A DNA stretch of 64,000 nt from an uncultured Clostridia bacterium (GTDB lineage: Bacteria > Bacillota > Clostridia > TANB77 > CAG-508). Position 1 is the first letter of the stretch; every line of letters starts with the position of its first letter. A program made the position numbers and the translations under genes. Below, piece by piece: positions 60,345 to 64,000 of this stretch. The stretch is taken from positions 210,413-274,412 of the forward strand of contig CALXPN010000001.1 in the NCBI GenBank assembly GCA_944390285.1, written 5' to 3'. The notes beneath the pieces are model-generated. The model was not told where the DNA came from, made no database searches, and saw only the letters and a program-made list of their open reading frames with translations.

Positions 60345-60548
60345 TTAGTTTTTAGTGAAAAATTCAACAGCAATTTCAATTACTATCTTTGCTGTTTTGA
60401 TAACAAACTTAGTACTTATCAAAATCTCAAAACCGATAAGCGTTTTTACTAATTTCATTATCTTTTCTTCACTATAACCACAAGCTTTCCCCACTATCAT
60501 TATGCCAAATATCAAATAAACTATTGTGTTTGAGATTTCCATAATCAT
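60345..60548 (-). CDS. 67-aa membrane peptide upstream of the RT
   Basis: Strong RBS AGGAGGTG 5 nt before the ATG. One clear TM helix (TIVYLIFGIMIVGKACG) plus an amphipathic C-terminal half. 64 nt upstream of the RT gene on the same strand. Confidence 0.6.
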   Translation of the reverse strand: MIMEISNTIVYLIFGIMIVGKACGYSEEKIMKLVKTLIGFEILISTKFVIKTAKIVIEIAVEFFTKN

Positions 60549-60582
60549 TTACACCTCCTTTTTTTAGATTAGACTTATCAAA

Positions 60583-60960
60583 TTACATTAGTGCACTTAA
60601 TGTAATAAGTAAGGCCCCTTCAATTCTAATCTTAGAAAGTGTACAGCTTGCGAGTGGTTCCTAATTAACTTTACCTCAGAAGTCCCTTCAAGAAATAAGA
60701 TAACAGTTCTACAAGAACCATTAAGATTATTTCTAAAGCCATGGCCAACTTTACAAAAAGAATTTTGAAAGTCAAACATTATCTACACCTAATTTAGTTA
60801 GTGTTTTTAGTTGATGTAGGCCATGCTGTTAAGAACTTCTATATATGTATATAGTACTTTATTAAATAAATTTTCTACATACAAAATATGCAGGATATAT
60901 AAATATCCTTCGCTATTTCTAGCCAAACAAGGGGACTTATAATCGAGCCTCGTGAGGAGT
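60583..60960 (-). ncRNA. candidate retron msr-msd-like ncRNA upstream of the membrane-peptide/RT genes
   Basis: Promoter-proximal inverted repeat TAAGTCCCCTT (60939-60929) / AAGGGGCCTTA (60620-60610), 10 of 11 complementary, with a G immediately 3' of the left arm. Internal stems at 60892-60909, 60748-60772 and 60691-60734. Terminal hairpin at 60583-60605. Confidence 0.4.
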
Positions 60961-60966
60961 GCTTTT

Positions 60967-60995
60967 ATTATATGACCATACCAAAGAAAAATCAA
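60967..60995 (-). promoter_or_regulatory. sigma-A promoter driving the candidate ncRNA / RT operon
   Basis: On the minus strand: TTGATT (60995-60990), 17-nt spacer, TATAAT (60972-60967). Confidence 0.5.
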
Positions 60996-61102
60996 GAACA
61001 TTTTTTTATTTCTTATAAAACTTCATGTACATTTCATAAATCTATAGCAATTTTTGTCTAAATATAGTATAATTAGCACATAAAAATTATATGGAGGCTA
61101 AA

Positions 61103-61843
61103 ATGAATAAATTAGAAAAATTTGTACAAGAAGCAAAAGAATTTTCACAAAAAGACATAACTTCTCGAGACCCAGCATTTATTGCTTGGAATAATTCTTT
61201 AATTAGATTTTTAGAAAAAAAATATGGAACTAACTCTTCGACAACAAAAAATTTTAAAAAAAGAACTTATTCTTTAGGAGCATACGCTCTTGGAACACCT
61301 GAAAGTAGTTTTATAAAAGTTTATAAAAGAGATATGCAAGTAACGTTACGTGAGTTAGAAATACTATTAGAAGAAGAATTAACAACTGAGGAAATTGAAA
61401 AACAACCTACATCTAATGAAAAAATAACTACCAAAAAAGTATTTATCGTTCATGGACGTGATGATAGTAAAAAATATGAACTTTCAGGATTTTTATATGA
61501 ACAAGGTTTAACTCCTATAATTTTGCATGAACAAGTAAATAATGGTCAAACAATCATTGAAAAAATTGAAAATAATAGTGATGTAGCCTGTGCTATTATT
61601 CTATTAACACCAGACGACGAAGGTAGATTAAAATCATCAACTAATGAATTAAAAACTAGAGCTCGCCAGAATGTAATTTTTGAAGCAGGATATTTTATGG
61701 GTAAATTAGGTAGAAACAGAACAATATTATTAAGCGGAGTAGAAGAAAAAATGTCAGATATCGATGGCATTGTATACCTTGATATCAATAATTATAAATC
61801 ATCTTTATTACAAGAACTAAAATCTTTAAATCTAATAAATTAA
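61103..61843 (+). CDS. TIR-like (COG4271/CAP12-type) nucleotide-binding domain protein with unknown N-terminal domain
   Basis: C-terminal KKVFIVHGRDDS...PIILHEQ...GQTIIEKIE...ACAIILLTPDD...ARQNVIFEAGYFMGKLGR matches the bacterial TIR-like/SLOG-type pattern. ATG 61103 follows GGAGG. Confidence 0.65.
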   Translation: MNKLEKFVQEAKEFSQKDITSRDPAFIAWNNSLIRFLEKKYGTNSSTTKNFKKRTYSLGAYALGTPESSFIKVYKRDMQVTLRELEILLEEELTTEEIEKQPTSNEKITTKKVFIVHGRDDSKKYELSGFLYEQGLTPIILHEQVNNGQTIIEKIENNSDVACAIILLTPDDEGRLKSSTNELKTRARQNVIFEAGYFMGKLGRNRTILLSGVEEKMSDIDGIVYLDINNYKSSLLQELKSLNLIN

Positions 61844-61858
61844 AAAAGGGGATAAAAT

Positions 61859-62155
61859 ATGGATAACAATATAAAAATAATGTCTATACAAGAAGATATG
61901 AAAGAAATTGAAGCAGTATTAAATAATAATATCACTGATATCGATATCCAAATCTTAAAAAAATTGCACAGAAAAATAGATAGTAAATACCAAGCTTGCA
62001 TAAAAGACTGGAGCAAAAGCTTATATTGTTGGATACCAGATTTTGGATTTAGTTACGATCTTTTAGACACAACTTCTTTAATTGAAAATTTAGAATCTAT
62101 GTTATGTAAACTTTCTTCGTATTCTATGGGATTTAATGATATTAAAAACAAATAA
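61859..62155 (+). CDS. hypothetical 98-aa protein co-transcribed with the TIR-like gene
   Basis: Starts 16 nt after the TIR-like stop and is preceded by AAGGGGA. No motif recognised. Confidence 0.5.
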   Translation: MDNNIKIMSIQEDMKEIEAVLNNNITDIDIQILKKLHRKIDSKYQACIKDWSKSLYCWIPDFGFSYDLLDTTSLIENLESMLCKLSSYSMGFNDIKNK

Positions 62156-62188
62156 ACGGGAGGTTTTTATCCCGTTTATTTGTTTTTT
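62150..62188. terminator. bidirectional terminator shared by the TIR-like operon and the Fic gene
   Basis: 12-bp stem AAATAAACGGGA/TCCCGTTTATTT covering both stop codons; T6 follows on the plus strand. Confidence 0.8.
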
Positions 62189-63150
62189 AAAATTTTCCAA
62201 GTTCCTGTTTTAGGAGAACCTATTCTTTTAATAATTTTCTTATCTTTTAAATTTTTTATATTATAAGAAATTCCATCTCTAGTTAAACCTAATTTTTCAG
62301 CCATTTCATTTTGTGTAATATTAGGATTCATCTTTATTAAATTTATAATTTTTTCTTCTGTAGTTTCTTTTGTTGAATTCTGCTCTATAATTATTTTATC
62401 TATTGTTTCATAAATCATTTTCAACATAAATTCTATAAACTCAGTTGATTCACCAATTTTATTACAATTATCTATAATTTTATAATACTCTTCTTGATAT
62501 TGTTTTATTAAACTTTCAATAGGTACATATTCGAAAATCTCTTTCCATTTAGAAAGTAAAGCTGATTGCCAAAGTCTAGCCATCCTACCATTACCATCTC
62601 CAAAAGGATGTATAAAAACAAATTCATAATGAAATACAGAAGAAAGTATTAAAGGATGAACTATATCCTTAGATTCTTTCATCCAAGAAAATAAATTTTC
62701 CATTAATTCTGGAACTAATTTTTCTGATGGTGCAACAAATATACATTTATCTCCATCATAAACACCTTCACCATGACTTCTAAATCTTCCGCTCTCTTCT
62801 TCTACTAAAAATGTCATTATTCCATGAACTAATTTTAAATCTTCTATAGAATATGGATTTATTTGAGAAATTTTATTGTATGCTTCATATGCATTTTTTA
62901 CTTCTTGAATATCCTTTTTATCTCCAATTACCATTCGACCATTTATTACATCTTCAACTTGAAATAAAGACAATTGATTATTTTCAATAGCTAGAGAAGA
63001 ATGTATAGAATTAATTCTATTTTGTTTTCTTAATTCTGGCTTTTTATTTAAATTTATATAACTATTTATTTCTCCAACTTTTTCCATTATTTTTGAAACA
63101 TAGTCTAACATCTTATCAGTTATTTTATATGGTGGTATATATTTATCCAT
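62176..63150 (-). CDS. Fic-family protein with C-terminal wHTH
   Basis: Fic motif HPFGDGNGRMARL. C-terminal ITQNEMAEKLGLTRDGISYNIKNLKDKKIIKR is a wHTH. Confidence 0.85.
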   Translation of the reverse strand: MDKYIPPYKITDKMLDYVSKIMEKVGEINSYINLNKKPELRKQNRINSIHSSLAIENNQLSLFQVEDVINGRMVIGDKKDIQEVKNAYEAYNKISQINPYSIEDLKLVHGIMTFLVEEESGRFRSHGEGVYDGDKCIFVAPSEKLVPELMENLFSWMKESKDIVHPLILSSVFHYEFVFIHPFGDGNGRMARLWQSALLSKWKEIFEYVPIESLIKQYQEEYYKIIDNCNKIGESTEFIEFMLKMIYETIDKIIIEQNSTKETTEEKIINLIKMNPNITQNEMAEKLGLTRDGISYNIKNLKDKKIIKRIGSPKTGTWKILKNK

Positions 63151-63220
63151 TTTTCCTCCTTCAGTAGTTTTATCTACACCTTTATTATACTACATTTAAC
63201 AGATTATATCAATATTTATT

Positions 63221-63256
63221 GTGTAGTTTATTATGTAGTTTATTGTGTAGTATTTA
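63221..63256. repeat. three tandem 12-nt repeats upstream of the Fic gene
   Basis: GTGTAGTTTATT / ATGTAGTTTATT / GTGTAGTATTTA. The last unit forms an 8-bp hairpin with TACTACAC (63257-63264). A further inverted copy TACTACA lies at 63188-63194. Confidence 0.7.
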
Positions 63257-63258
63257 TA

Positions 63259-63639
63259 CTACACTTTTATTCTCTCAACTATAAACAAATCTGCAGGTGC
63301 AAATTGAAAGTTATCTAATTCGTTTTTAGAAACCCACTTATAATCTTCATGTTCTAATAATCTAATTTCTCCATTTATCTTTTTACATTCTAAAGCAATT
63401 AAATTAATATTTTTTTCTGGATAATTAAATACTTTTTCTGACAAATAAGATTTTACTTCTATATCAATATCTAATTCTTCTTTTATTTCTCTTACAATTG
63501 CATTCTCACGTGTTTCATTAGGTTCTATTTTTCCTCCTGGAAATTCCCATAAACCACCTTGAGCTTTCTTTAAATTTCTTTGAGTTATTAATATTTTTCC
63601 ATTTTCATCTTTTATTACTGCAGCTACTACATTAATCAT
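63259..63639 (-). CDS. mutT: NUDIX hydrolase, MutT-like (8-oxo-dGTP diphosphatase family)
   Basis: Nudix box GGKIEPNETRENAIVREIKEELDI; 126 aa. Confidence 0.8.
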   Translation of the reverse strand: MINVVAAVIKDENGKILITQRNLKKAQGGLWEFPGGKIEPNETRENAIVREIKEELDIDIEVKSYLSEKVFNYPEKNINLIALECKKINGEIRLLEHEDYKWVSKNELDNFQFAPADLFIVERIKV

Positions 63640-63648
63640 AATTTTCTC

Positions 63649-64000
63649 CTATAAAACATTTTTATTTGCTTCTGAAATAAATTTCCCTGGTATTGCATTT
63701 TTTAATTTCCAAACAAAACTTACTGGTTTATTTCCTTCATGACTTACATGTATACATTCACCTAAATATATATATGGACTTGCTTTTCCATCTACACTTT
63801 TATATTCTCTAACAAACAAAGAAACTTTTCCTTTACTTTCAATGTATCTTTTTACATTTTTACTTTCTTGTGTATCTTTGTGTTGACTTTGCCAGTGAAA
63901 TAAATTTTCACTAATAGCATAATCTTCATATAAAGTTGCTTCTGAAAAATCTTTATCAGATTTATTTAATGTTACAAAGAATATATCTAAATCTTTATCT
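63649..64000 (-). CDS. 3' end of a DUF3427-domain (helicase-associated) protein, truncated by the window edge
   Basis: My translation of the minus strand gives ...FVTLNKSDKDFSEATLYEDYAISENLFHWQSQHKDTQESKNVKRYI...LFVREYK...YIYLGECIHVSHEGNKPVSFVWKL, ending at TAG 63649-63651. This pattern matches the DUF3427 C-terminal domain found on PLD/helicase proteins. Confidence 0.55.
   Translation of the reverse strand, partial: DKDLDIFFVTLNKSDKDFSEATLYEDYAISENLFHWQSQHKDTQESKNVKRYIESKGKVSLFVREYKSVDGKASPYIYLGECIHVSHEGNKPVSFVWKLKNAIPGKFISEANKNVL

Noticed and set aside
60597-61001. Two minus-strand ORFs (60597-60779, 60 aa; 60807-61001, 64 aa) in the gap upstream of the RT operon
   Set aside because: Neither has a Shine-Dalgarno sequence, and the peptides show no recognisable motif. 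The interval is better explained by a promoter plus structured RNA. A decayed gene remnant cannot be fully excluded without tblastx.

Overview
Very AT-rich chromosomal segment from a spore-forming, Clostridia-like Firmicute. Markers are spoVS, ytfJ/gerW, an ymdB-like gene, LL-DAP aminotransferase and recA-recX-scpA. Most genes are on the minus strand. Positions 1-51.5 kb carry housekeeping and accessory functions: tRNA-Asn, several ABC transporters, a tandem ThyX-like protein, recA/recX/scpA, GH13, IMPDH, dapL, holA, MYG1, xth, a GntR-ABC operon, a Lon-like protease, rimI-tsaB-(insert)-tsaE, coaD, a cluster of paralogous small proteins with a GH10-like protein, a radical SAM enzyme and dUTPase. 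Positions 51.6-64 kb look like a defence island with no mobility genes. It contains a soluble KAP-type P-loop NTPase, a DpnII-type GATC R-M cassette (dam/dpnA/dpnB) with an Mrr-like gene embedded in the operon, and a PD-(D/E)xK-like ORF next to a NERD/HRDC-like gene whose 5' end is frameshifted. It also holds a compact retron-type reverse transcriptase preceded by a 67-aa membrane-peptide ORF, a divergent TIR-like two-gene operon, a Fic-HTH protein, MutT and the 3' end of a DUF3427 (helicase-associated) gene. The best candidate for something undescribed is the RT module at 58.9-61.0 kb. The RT is flanked on both sides by long ORF-free, locally G+C-richer, highly structured regions. Upstream is a promoter-driven, inverted-repeat-bounded element in the canonical retron msr-msd position. 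Downstream is a 350-nt inverted-repeat-bounded element with four tandem near-perfect hairpins, whose G-U pairs all fall on the strand antisense to the RT. No classical retron effector is present. All calls come from reading motifs in the supplied translations and sequence; no database search or folding program was run.
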